64,000 nt of DNA from NCBI GenBank assembly GCA_905178155.1, contig CAJINV010000001.1, forward strand, positions 5,832,750-5,896,749, in the 5' to 3' direction. How positions within the stretch are numbered: position 1 is the first letter of the stretch; every line of letters starts with the position of its first letter. This DNA comes from Amoebophrya sp. A120. Lineage: Eukaryota; Protista; Dinoflagellata. Of the stretch, positions 12,701 to 21,501 are shown one piece after another. A program made the translations under genes and the position numbers. A model generated the notes under the pieces. The model was given only the letters and a program-made list of their open reading frames with translations. It ran no database searches and had not been told where the DNA came from.

Positions 12701-15700
12701 CTGCCGGAGAACTGCGCCACGCACATGCGCATTGACTGCGAACGGGTGGCAGCCGAGGAAGACAGAGAGCGCAAAGGGGCCGAGCAACTGCCAGAGGGCC
12801 TCACGCGGCGGCGGGTCTTCCAGTGGACGAGCATGACGCAGGAGACGCTGAATAGAGTCCTCGCGCGGGCGTGCGAGGCGGCAAAATCGGCGAAGAGCTT
12901 CTCCGCCAAAACCTTGGCGCACATACTGAAAACGGAGCGGGCGCCAGTCCGTAAAGCCAAAATCCCGCCCACCCATCTGTCGTTGCTTAAAGGCGACGGC
13001 ACGCTCACAATGTCGACGCAGGAGAGCATGGAGGCCTTTCGCGTCCGCCTGTGCGAAGGGAAGCCCGCCGGCATCCAGCGCACACCGGAGGAAGAGAAAG
13101 CCGTGGCAGAACAGGCGCGAGAACTAATAGAAGGCGCGCCCTCGGTCCCCCTGGAACCCTCTCTCGATATGGCAGTGCGAGCAATGCGGCGGCTAAACGG
13201 AAACGCGGCGGCGGGAGTCGATGGTGTACCAGTCGCCCTGCTGAAGGCGAGCACGACCCTCGCCTACTTGCTCGTCACCCTGATCTGCAACGCAATCAAC
13301 GCCTTCGAGGAGCTGCCATGGAGTAAGGAGTGCTTGTTTGTCTTCCTATTCAAACACGCGAAAGCAGGGGCAACGAGATTCGTGCCGCGCTTTTGGCGTC
13401 CAATAGCCATGATCAGTGGCATCACGAAGCTAGTCGAGTCGGTGGTGCTCGGCGCGATAGAATCCCTGGTGAACGAGTTCCGGGACAACTCGGCATTCAT
13501 CAAGGGCCTCTCGCCAACGGTAGGACTCATCCGCGCCTTGATGAAGGCAATGCAGTCGCGTCGGAAGTACGTGGGAGTCGTGGTGGGCGACATAGCAGGC
13601 GGCTACGAGAGCGCCTTTGTGATCCACGTGCTGACAGTATTGAAGGAGCGGGGGGCGTCGCGCCAGATTCTCCGCGTGGTCTATCGGTGGATGTGCGGGC
13701 GAACGGGACGAATAGTACTATGCGGGCTCGTCTCGCATGCCTTCCCCCTCGGGGAAGGCCTGGGTCAGGGCACGCTCCTGTCCCCTGCCCTGTTTAGGAT
13801 CGTGGTCGAATATTGGTTGAACATAGTGGGTCTCGTCAGCGACTTGCACGACTGCATCACTGGCTTCTGCGACGAAATCGGGATCGTCGTAACGGCCGAC
13901 ACAGAAGCGGAGCTGAAGCAAAAGCTCACGGACAAAGCAGACCGCTTGCGGCGGATCCCGTACCCGATCGCTGATTGGCGCATAGCGGTTCTCAAAGCCC
14001 CGGTGCTGTCGAGTGGAACCAAGGAAGAGCAGGACGCCTTCTTCAGAAGGTTCACGGTGCGGCTCGCGAGTGGCCAGGTCCTCCGGCTCCCGGAAGTGGA
14101 GACGCAGTTGGACAGCGGGGCGGGGAAACCTCTACGGGTGGAGAGCGGCAATGGGCGTAGAATAAACAGAGCGGCCTATATCTCCGTACTGGGGGTGCCG
14201 CTATCACCACACCCAGAGGCATGGCTTGCACACCTGGGGAACCTACAGCGCAGGGTCGCAGCAGAGGCAGCGGAAGCCGCTGCAGACGAGGACAAAACAG
14301 TAGTAGAACTAATCGACCAGTACCACGCCAAGATGTTCAACTGCCTGCAATATGCCAGCTCGGTGAAGAGCATTCTCTGCCCGGGTGAGGCCCTGGCACG
14401 GCTCGACGCAGTAGCAGAAACCTGCCTCCGCAGAATGTTGCGCGTTAGCTTCACCGCCCCGGTGTACTCGACCTTCTTTAGTACGGGCGCCGTGATACCG
14501 AGTACGGCGGCACTAGCGGAGCGCAACGTGCTGAACATCCAGGCAATCGCCCTGGATAGCGATACCTTCGCACAAGAGGCAAAAGTGGAGGAAGTCTGCC
14601 CCCTGCGCCGGGAGGGGTGGACCAAGCTGCGCATCTCCCACACCCTAAAGCCCGCCGATCCGCTTCCCGACAACGTCGTCCTGCTGCCGGCTCCTGCAGT
14701 GTTCCAACGATATGGACTGAAATTCAGCAAAGAAGAAACGCCCAAGGTGGCGACGCTGGTGAAGGAGGAATTCGAAAAACTGGAAAAGCAGCTCGGCCCG
14801 GCCATGATGCTCATCGCAACGGATTCGGGCGACGTGCCGCGGTCTGCACCAGGCGCAGCGGGCCCCGGCCCCCGCAAGCGTATGGCGACAATAGTGATGA
14901 GACGGGGGGACGATCGAAAAGGGGAGTTTGCGCTTGCTGCCCGCCTTCGACATTGCCTCACAACATTCTGGGGCGAAGCGGGTGCGTTCGTCGTCTCGGT
15001 CCTCCTCCTCAGTGACAGTGTCCGGGAACCCCACGCCCCGATACACGATGACCGCCTCCGGCTAGTGCTATTCCAAGTGGACGCGTCGCCGGTGTTGGAT
15101 AACGTGCTATCGAGTAGAACGGAGCAGACCTGGCAGGAGTGCCGCCGGGCACTGATAAATCTAGCGCGAACGCGTCCGGACTGCCTCTTCCTCTGCTTCT
15201 GGACGCCCGGCCACGCGGGGATCAGTCCACACACGGAAGCCGACCTGCTACAAAAGCAGACACACCTACCAAGCGAACCGCTGGAAAGGTTCACGGACCT
15301 GCGCATACCGCTCCGACAACTCCGCGCGTACGCAAGGGCATGCCTCCGAGAGGAGATCCTGGAAGTGGTGAAGAAGCGGGCGCGGACATCAACGACGGGC
15401 GCATACCGGGGCTACATAGCCGCGGAAGTCGGCGACGCGAGGAAAACGCTGCGGGGCCTCCCGGCGGCCAGCCAGCGAATAGCCTGGAGCCTACTGTGCG
15501 GAGATGGGAGAGACGCTGCCCGGGCAAGCGACTCGCGGGTAGGCAGCTCGTGCATCAAGTGCGGGCTTTGTGGCGAAAAGGTGTCAGCCGTGATCGCGTT
15601 GTCGGTCAGCCAAGACCCCTCCCCGCCCGCGATGGACGACGAAAGCTCTTCCGGGTCGAATGGCAACGATAGCGAGCTACTTATCGACGAGGAGGAGATG

Positions 15701-18700
15701 GGGGCGATAGACACAGCGGCCGAAGAACTCGCAGGGGACGCAGACGCCCCAAAGAACACGGAGTTCGCAAACCTCGACCGCCATGTTCTTTTGTCTCACT
15801 TCGCGCGGCACGTCCTCCTGTGTGAGTGCAAGAAGATCCAAGAGGAGGTGCTGACGGTGTGCCCGGCGATACCGATACCGACCTCGCAAAACCTCCTCCG
15901 TAGACCGGACATCACAGTCCGCGCCTTCCTGACGAAGCTGGGCATGGCCCCCCCGCCCGAAGGAGAATGGCCGGTGAAACCGCGGCAGAGGCCCGACAGA
16001 GACGACGTCCCGCCGCCCGCAGAGGTGCAAGCAAACGTGAACAGAGGGGCGCAGACGTTTCGCAACATGATCGAAATGGCGGAAACGGCGCAGCCCCCGG
16101 CAAGCGCCACGCAGGAACCCAACCCACCGGTCGTTCCGCGGAACTTCGTTCCCGGGGCGGCGCACAGACTCTGCACCAGTGCGCCCGACCGAACCCAGCC
16201 CCAGGAGGGCGATGCGCAGAGCCTTCTGGACACGCTGTTTTGGATACCCCCGGACCGGCGAGCCCCAGGAACCACGACACGAGAGCGGCAGGGGCCGTAC
16301 ACGCGCCCCCAGCAGCTGGGGCACGCATCTTCCCCCCCTGGGCAACCATCGAGCAGTCCCGGCGCAATCCCCAATACCACATCAGGACGAAGCGCAACCC
16401 CGGACCAGGGTGATGAAGACCGGGCGGCCGACGCGGCAGATGACCTGGAAACGGGGCGGGCAGAAGTTTTAGCTGGCGGAGTAGTGCTGCGACTGGACCC
16501 GGTGACGGGCCTTCCCCTACCGCGAAGCGGGGGAAGCGGGGCGAACGAGGAGGGCTTGCAGGACTCGCCAGACGCCATCGCAGCTCAGGTTGCGGACCAA
16601 GACGACCTGACGATGATGGAGGAAGACGAAGACGCGCTCTATACCTAACCTGCGTGCCTACCTAAAATCGGCATGCCTACCTAAAAACTTCCTATACAGC
16701 TGGACCCAAAGGGGAGAGTCATACCATTTCTAGACCACGACCCGCCCACGGCCAAGGTTCGGGCCCGGGTCTGCGGCGGCGCCGACTGGGAGTTCCTGAC
16801 GAGCACGACGGAGAGCTCGCGAGGGAAGGAAGCGGAGTGTGGTGTAGAGAGGTTCAAGAAGATGCGCCGTAGTCGTCTGGTTCTCCTCGTAGTTCTGGTT
16901 CGCGTCTGTTTTTGGTTTTTCGCTCCGGCCCCTTGTATGACAAGATGGACTGATGAAAGAAAGGCGTGGTTGCCGCATAGTTGCAGTCGGGGAAGACTGC
17001 GAGCCTGTGTAGTTGAAGGAGCCTAGTTTCTAGCAAGAAGAGAGATGAAAGCGTATTAATCCCAAACAAAAAGAAGCGAAGATCTGCCCAGCGTCCCGCT
17101 CGTCGTGTTGCTATTTCTCGCTGCTGGGGATCTGCTCCGCGGTCTCTGCGCGCGCTCCGGAAAATGCTGTCCTTATCCCGCCGAGCGGAATCGGTAACTT
17201 CGGCGTTTTTCGCAAGGACATTTGGGCACAATCGGGTAAACAGGTCGGCGGGTCTAGGACACTAACTCAAAAAGCTGCAGCACGACCGTCAAAATGTCGC
17301 AGGAGGATCCAGTGGAAACCACGACCGTCTGTAACGCACAACACGCGGCGAGACTGTACCACCCTCCACCCGCGCGCGCCCAGCTTAGACCTAGCGCCGG
17401 AAGCGGGTTCGCCAATGTCTGCTGCTCACCCAGCCCACAGCACCCGGGGAAAAGTACGTTGCCCCGCAACAAATATGCTGTTCCACACGAATGGAGAAAT
17501 GCACGCGAAAGTAGAGCCCTGCAACTTCTGTCATGCCTGCTGAGTATTTTAGATATACCGCTAGCAGAGGGGCGGCGCTAGCCCCGTCCTCAAGCTGTAG
17601 CTGGTGTTATGTTCTGCCATCGACATCTACCTACACCTTCCGCCCTCTCGCCTGCCCACTCGCCTGCCCACTCGCCTGCCCACTCGCCTGCCCCCTCGGA
17701 CCGTTCATCAACTGCTTTGCACTTAGCACGGTATGCGCTTTTCGTCCTCGCCCTGTCACTTCTGTCATGCATGTTGCTTTGTACTAGGTTTCCGCCAGAC
17801 TCGACGGCGCGGCCTCAGGGTTTCGAATATTCGGGCAGCGATATCTACCTACATTCACCGCCCGGAGGCTGCAAGTTGCTGTCTCGTCTCGCCTGCCCCC
17901 TCGGGCCGCTCAGCAACTGCTTTGCACTTAGCACGGTATGCGCGCTTCGCCCTCGAGCCCTCCCTGCCGGGAGTCCAAGGACGTCCTCGGTACTCTCTCT
18001 GCCAAGAGCGAACTCTAACTCTCGAAATATCTGCACACCGTGCTAAGGTCAAAGCTGTTTCTGACTTATGTTCCCCTAGTGATGCTGCATTTCTCCACAA
18101 TTTTTCATCTGGATACTTTTCCCTCCTGCGCCCTGAGGACCCCGACATCCGAACCCGAGCCAGGAACCAGCCTGGCGCCACCAGTAACCCCAGCGACCTG
18201 AGTTCGCCCTACCAACCAGCATGCTGTCGCGGCTGGCGGCCGACGCCCGGTTTCACCTACGCCTCGAAGCTCCCGATCCGCAGCCGGTCTGGATGGGTTC
18301 ACGCACTTCCGATTGCCCCGATACTGCGGCAGAACCGACAGCTACCGATAGCTCCCACGCGTCGAATTCACGTGGCCACCGGGGAAAGTTTCCCGCTCGT
18401 CCTCAATGCGCAGCTGCGGCGCCCTGTCCCCGTCTTTCTACACTCTCCTCGGCGCTCCATCTAGAACTTGCTGTTGCCGAGTTTCTGAAAGATTATTCCA
18501 GATAAGCCATTCCCGGAATGAAGGGGCCGCGTTCTGCTCCCACGAGCTTTCACTTGTGCGCGTTGGGGGTAGATGTGCGTACAGCTCCTGCCTGGTCGGC
18601 TTTATCTCCGGCTGGCACTCGAAAAACTATCCTCCTAAAAGATCCACTAAATAATAGAAAACTTCGTCCATAATGAGTATGGAGATGGTCTAGCCCGCAG

Positions 18701-20931
18701 TTCCTCCTATCTGTTGCTGGTGACCTGGTCTGTTTTCTGACAATAAGTGCTGCGTCGTCTAATCTATGGGTGCGAGTAGATGTATTAGTTCCCGGCGGGT
18801 GGCTCGCAGCAATAAGGAAACTGGCAAGGATAAACATCTGTCTGTGCTTGCAATGCGCTGATGGACTGTGCTCTGCCAAATAGTGAAGTAATTTGGACTA
18901 CTCCAGTTCTGGTCCCGTTGCTGTATATTGTGCGCGGGTGCTGGGTGGAAAGGTCCAGCAATTATGTTGGTGTGTGTGTGTGCGAGGAGGAAAGTTTGGA
19001 GTGCCAGGTCCGTTGGGCCCGGGGTGGCGGCGTCTTTGGGTTGATCAAATCACCCGAAACACAATGCCACCTCGTGTTGCACAGTCTGTTTATGTCATGC
19101 GTGACTCGCAAAACTCCTAGGTTTGTGTTGCAAAATCCCCATCCTGACTCTGGTGTGGGTACGTTTTTACTCAGGATATGCCGGCTGGCGCTTCGCGCGG
19201 ACGCTGTAAAACAGAAGGAGAAACGCGCGACGGTATTATAGGAGTCTGGGTGAGGACTCATTTTCATCTCTTGTGGTATAAGTTCAATGTCCGTGGTGAT
19301 TCATTTTATGATGTCGTGCAGGTCGTTGCTGAAATGAAGAACTAAAAAACCCACAGGAGCATGCCGCGATGAAGGCTGTGGAGCAAGTGAAGATTGACCA
19401 GAGGCGGCAAAAGGCGGACCACCAACAGTCCGTACTCAACCAAATCAACAAGCACATGGAATTCCAAGGCATGATCCAGGACGCGCGGCAGAAGCTGAGC
19501 GATCTGCGGCACAACGATATCGAGAAGAAAATACGCGCGCAGTGCACCAAGTATCTCCTGAACAACCTCCTGACGACGGTGAAGGTGAAGGACCCGAACC
19601 GGTTTGCCCGCGCGCTGCTGAAGGACAAATCGCAGCGCTCCACTGGCTTGCCGAAGAATTTTGGAAAGACGAATAGTACAAAAAGTGCAGCGGTGGATTC
19701 ATTCTCGGACGAGTTTATGCTGGACTTGCTAGAAGAGGAGTTGAAGAACGTCGAAGAGAAGGACAAGGAGGCACTGCAAAAGGAGAACGAGCGCATTGTG
19801 AAGCTTTTGGAAGAAACAGGGGAGTACGAAACCCGACTCGGCGCCGCCGAGGCGAAGGTAGAGGACGCTAGTGCGGCGGTGAAGGAACAGGACAAGATTT
19901 TGGCTGCCCACGCAGCGACGATTGAGCAGCATCAGGCGACGCTGCGGGGCCTGCAGGAGGATCTGAAGACGCACCAGGAAGATGCGGCCTTTCAAGAAGC
20001 GGAAAGAAAAAAGCGAAGTGTCGCTGACGCGCGAAGATACGTGCAGGAGATGTGGGACAGGGATGCCACGTCCCAATACGAACAATGGTCGCCGGTTAGC
20101 AAGAGCATCAAGATAACAAAGAAAAAGACCTTCTTCGCGGACCTATTTGATAGCAAGCCTGCGCCAAAACGCAAGCAGGCTGGGTCGCGTCCCCCGGGCC
20201 GGCCCCCGGGCTCGAAGAAGAAGAAGAAGGACGGTGGCGGGAAAAAAGCGTTATTAACTAGCATGGAGGAGCTAGACGCGTTTATGGAGGAAGGGTTCGA
20301 TGACGCGGACAACGAGAATTCACTTTTCGCAGGCAGCAACAATTTTATCGACACGCAAACGCCCGCACTGGTCGGCGGCCAAACCGTTTTCGACCGGGAT
20401 CATGTGCAGCTGAGCAAGAGCACGGACAACTCTCTGAAGAGAGGGGACCAGCAATCTTCGAGTGGTTTTCCTTTTCCGCCGGCGAAAAAGGCAAAGATTG
20501 CCGCGAAGGAGGTGGACGAAGAAGAGATAGTCGACGAGGAGGACGACCTACTACGGGATGACGTCAAGAAGACCACATCAAAAGCGAAGAAACCAAAATC
20601 CGGCACAACTGCTGCGGCGTCTGTGCACGGTCTAAAAGTAAAGCCGTACCGAACCAAGGAGGAGAAGGCACAGCACAAAGCGGAGAAGGCAGCGCGAAAG
20701 GAGGAGCGGCGTGCCAGGCGGGAGAAACGAGCCACCAAGCGGGAGCGAAAAGCGCAGCAGCAAGGTGGTGGTAATGGTGAAGATAGTAGTACTGCGCTGG
20801 AGCAGCAGCTGCAGCCGGCGAAAGAAAAAGATGTGGGTCAAGAAGATGCAATAGATAAAGAACCAGAGGAAGAACCGAAAGACGCTTTTTTCGAAGGAGA
20901 GTGCTTTCCTCCCGAAATTGTGAGTCCGTAG
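6748..20931 (+). CDS. Hypothetical coiled-coil, K/E-rich protein; inferred exons 6748-7203, 7309-7487, 19184-19232, 19357-20931
   Basis: Removing 7204-7308 keeps the frame. Removing 7488-19183 (introner plus one TGCCG copy) gives ...ETKCR|LALRADAVKQKEKRAT in frame. GT-AG intron 19233-19356 then joins the 19369 ORF in phase 0. Confidence 0.7.
7204..7308. mobile_element. Small introner-like TIR element (~105 nt), family D
   Basis: Perfect 26-nt inverted repeat CCCTGAAAATTAACCATCCCCATCCA (7205-7230) / TGGATGGGGATGGTTAATTTTCAGGG (7280-7305). It carries an in-frame stop, the flanking ORFs are in the same frame, and it has two TGTCATGC motifs. Confidence 0.8.
7704..7733 (+). other. Two tandem dinoflagellate spliced-leader relics (CCATTTTGGCTCAAG x2)
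   Basis: Exact match to the 3' 15 nt of the dinoflagellate SL (DCCGTAGCCATTTTGGCTCAAG) at 7704-7718 and 7719-7733, 5 nt inside the left TSD. Confidence 0.92.
8300..10610 (+). repeat. Degenerate modular repeats in the LINE 5' leader
   Basis: GGAGCAYGTCYGTCCCCG at ~8917, ~9829 and ~10562. GAATCCGCTCGT at ~8302, ~9001 and ~10276. ACGGTAWTTGCTACCTCGGA...TTGCATG at ~9669 and ~10394. TGTTCGTCTTCAG...CTGRGGACGAACA at ~9351-9450 and ~10113-10211. Confidence 0.75.
10826..16648 (+). CDS. LINE polyprotein: Zn finger, AP endonuclease, reverse transcriptase, RNase H, split CCHC-like knuckle
   Basis: APE motifs KITLLNLDG, VVVSE, GYIPP, AGDLN and QPDALF. RT motifs AAGVDG, WRPIAMIS, GDIAGGYES, GLGQGTLLSPALF, FCDE and VLG. 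RNase H motifs IATDSG, GEAGA, QVDA and WTPGHAGI..EAD. Also CTKC..H...C and CGLC...HVLLCEC. True start codon uncertain. Confidence 0.9.
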   Translation: MLAPALIPAGSRTILRKVHEAAPKHIAAAIRAANEHELLLELGPHCLRIIQRPAHEGELEADRTRAAGKALAAGVAVPGGAKRYKEAVPLAIWRATGSKVGPLAGTYTNHPDYRDIPCNAAVVDALALRQTDHAIGLDPRNHSRLAAGTLKNAGGFAANEWPAGDPGVSSEDPDIRKSDNPGDRAAVKGKALQKRLERAPPDTPFWTGADKPALGEGGEEAMICAPVRKVSRTSIAANRPTPHGRSCPDCVAEAQEMAKNTMEGNTLVHPYLASFLAPERVPPAVGPYANWFGSEAPNQENMRYPVYIRTPEVTAGASAATIYKCTKCDAVGQMPSMLAHVVVCRVGRHGRVGSMLLGKLSALAAGERDAATHQITTSKKHHLAELRLQLDERPPPPDIEWSKGRRMKITLLNLDGGLLTNWPRLVHEITEAAPLVVVVSEADLPQDLSKTVSDLIYLTLRARYFIWRGTRSMALVAHSLRPAEQARCTQIPLAPSMAAILVAHGDLAGELVAGYIPPITGATGRDEVMAQQQAVLRYLSDAPKDAVVGIAGDLNISTGSIMLERPRPNPFRAAIAAAAEARGMQSALLPSDVTYPAADSQPDALFLRPHSRETELWTQLKLPEFLPENCATHMRIDCERVAAEEDRERKGAEQLPEGLTRRRVFQWTSMTQETLNRVLARACEAAKSAKSFSAKTLAHILKTERAPVRKAKIPPTHLSLLKGDGTLTMSTQESMEAFRVRLCEGKPAGIQRTPEEEKAVAEQARELIEGAPSVPLEPSLDMAVRAMRRLNGNAAAGVDGVPVALLKASTTLAYLLVTLICNAINAFEELPWSKECLFVFLFKHAKAGATRFVPRFWRPIAMISGITKLVESVVLGAIESLVNEFRDNSAFIKGLSPTVGLIRALMKAMQSRRKYVGVVVGDIAGGYESAFVIHVLTVLKERGASRQILRVVYRWMCGRTGRIVLCGLVSHAFPLGEGLGQGTLLSPALFRIVVEYWLNIVGLVSDLHDCITGFCDEIGIVVTADTEAELKQKLTDKADRLRRIPYPIADWRIAVLKAPVLSSGTKEEQDAFFRRFTVRLASGQVLRLPEVETQLDSGAGKPLRVESGNGRRINRAAYISVLGVPLSPHPEAWLAHLGNLQRRVAAEAAEAAADEDKTVVELIDQYHAKMFNCLQYASSVKSILCPGEALARLDAVAETCLRRMLRVSFTAPVYSTFFSTGAVIPSTAALAERNVLNIQAIALDSDTFAQEAKVEEVCPLRREGWTKLRISHTLKPADPLPDNVVLLPAPAVFQRYGLKFSKEETPKVATLVKEEFEKLEKQLGPAMMLIATDSGDVPRSAPGAAGPGPRKRMATIVMRRGDDRKGEFALAARLRHCLTTFWGEAGAFVVSVLLLSDSVREPHAPIHDDRLRLVLFQVDASPVLDNVLSSRTEQTWQECRRALINLARTRPDCLFLCFWTPGHAGISPHTEADLLQKQTHLPSEPLERFTDLRIPLRQLRAYARACLREEILEVVKKRARTSTTGAYRGYIAAEVGDARKTLRGLPAASQRIAWSLLCGDGRDAARASDSRVGSSCIKCGLCGEKVSAVIALSVSQDPSPPAMDDESSSGSNGNDSELLIDEEEMGAIDTAAEELAGDADAPKNTEFANLDRHVLLSHFARHVLLCECKKIQEEVLTVCPAIPIPTSQNLLRRPDITVRAFLTKLGMAPPPEGEWPVKPRQRPDRDDVPPPAEVQANVNRGAQTFRNMIEMAETAQPPASATQEPNPPVVPRNFVPGAAHRLCTSAPDRTQPQEGDAQSLLDTLFWIPPDRRAPGTTTRERQGPYTRPQQLGHASSPPGQPSSSPGAIPNTTSGRSATPDQGDEDRAADAADDLETGRAEVLAGGVVLRLDPVTGLPLPRSGGSGANEEGLQDSPDAIAAQVADQDDLTMMEEDEDALYT
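16656..16686 (+). repeat. GCCTACCTAAAA duplicated just after the LINE stop codon
   Basis: Two copies seen directly, at 16656 and 16675. Confidence 0.7.
17647..17950 (+). repeat. 12-bp tandem repeat (CTCGCCTGCCCA x~4) and ~65-bp internal duplication in the LINE 3' region
   Basis: Tandem array at 17647-17694. The segment CTCGCCTGCCCCCTCGG...CAACTGCTTTGCACTTAGCACGGTATGCGC recurs at ~17683 and ~17888. Confidence 0.8.
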
Positions 20932-21501
20932 CAGATTATGTTGAAGGTGGGCGAAGTTTACCAAAAAGAAAAAACGTATCATTACACTTTCACTTCGCAA
21001 CCACTTCATGCAAACGCAGCCTTGCTCGTGGATGTCTTGCAACTTCTTGCTTTCCTGGTTGTTCGGAGGCTTCGCTCGATTTTTCGTGCAGGAAATACTG
21101 ATTCTTCCTTTTCGTATAACAGTAACAGGCTATCGCTTATTTCGCTATTGGCTAAAGTTGCAGAGTGTCTGTGTCTCTGGTCGTCGGCACACTTCGAAAC
21201 AGTCCTCGTCGAAATCGCTTCATCGTGATCGGTGGTTTGTCGCTTAGTTTAGAACCTGAAACGTTTTGACACAGTATCGCTGTCCTCGTCAAAAAATCGC
21301 ACTTCGCCGGCGCTTCTTGTCAAGAGACACATACTTACTCCAGAAAATGAGAAATTGAAATCGACTGTAGAGTAGCGACACAGCTGGAAGTTCATCGTCG
21401 CTGGCGTCCTCTACAGAAGACAGAGGTGCCCGCAATTATGCAGCGTGAACAGCGCTTGTGCCGCTCACTTAAACAGTAGAGTAAATCATCCATTGGGCCC
21501 G

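Larger units (their letters stand above)
7699..19092 (+). mobile_element. Non-LTR retrotransposon (LINE, APE-RT-RNaseH type), 11,394 bp
   Basis: Flanked by the exact 18-bp direct repeat TGTCATGCGTGACTCGCA (7681-7698 and 19093-19110), whose equivalent occurs only once in introner copy 2. Contains a 1940-codon pol ORF. Confidence 0.92.
7488..19178. mobile_element. Introner family A copy 1 (279 bp: 7488-7698 plus 19111-19178), split by a LINE insertion
   Basis: Perfect 32-nt TIR TATCCTGAGTAAAAACGTACCCACACCAGAGT / ACTCTGGTGTGGGTACGTTTTTACTCAGGATA. 5-bp TSD TGCCG at 7483-7487 and 19179-19183. Colinear with the copy at 62529-63199. Confidence 0.93.

Noticed and set aside
16948-16980. CTGATGA-AA-GAAA hammerhead-like core in the LINE 3' region
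   Set aside because: There is no stem II, and the putative stem III is not followed by UH.
17647-17694. Short direct repeats considered as a CRISPR array
   Set aside because: Contiguous 12-mers without spacers, in a eukaryotic context with no cas genes.
7699-19092. LTR, DIRS or Penelope interpretation, or a large autonomous DNA transposon
   Set aside because: No LTRs, integrase, tyrosine recombinase, GIY-YIG or transposase were seen. The APE-RT-RNaseH order and the 18-bp TSD indicate a LINE nested in a pre-existing 279-bp element.
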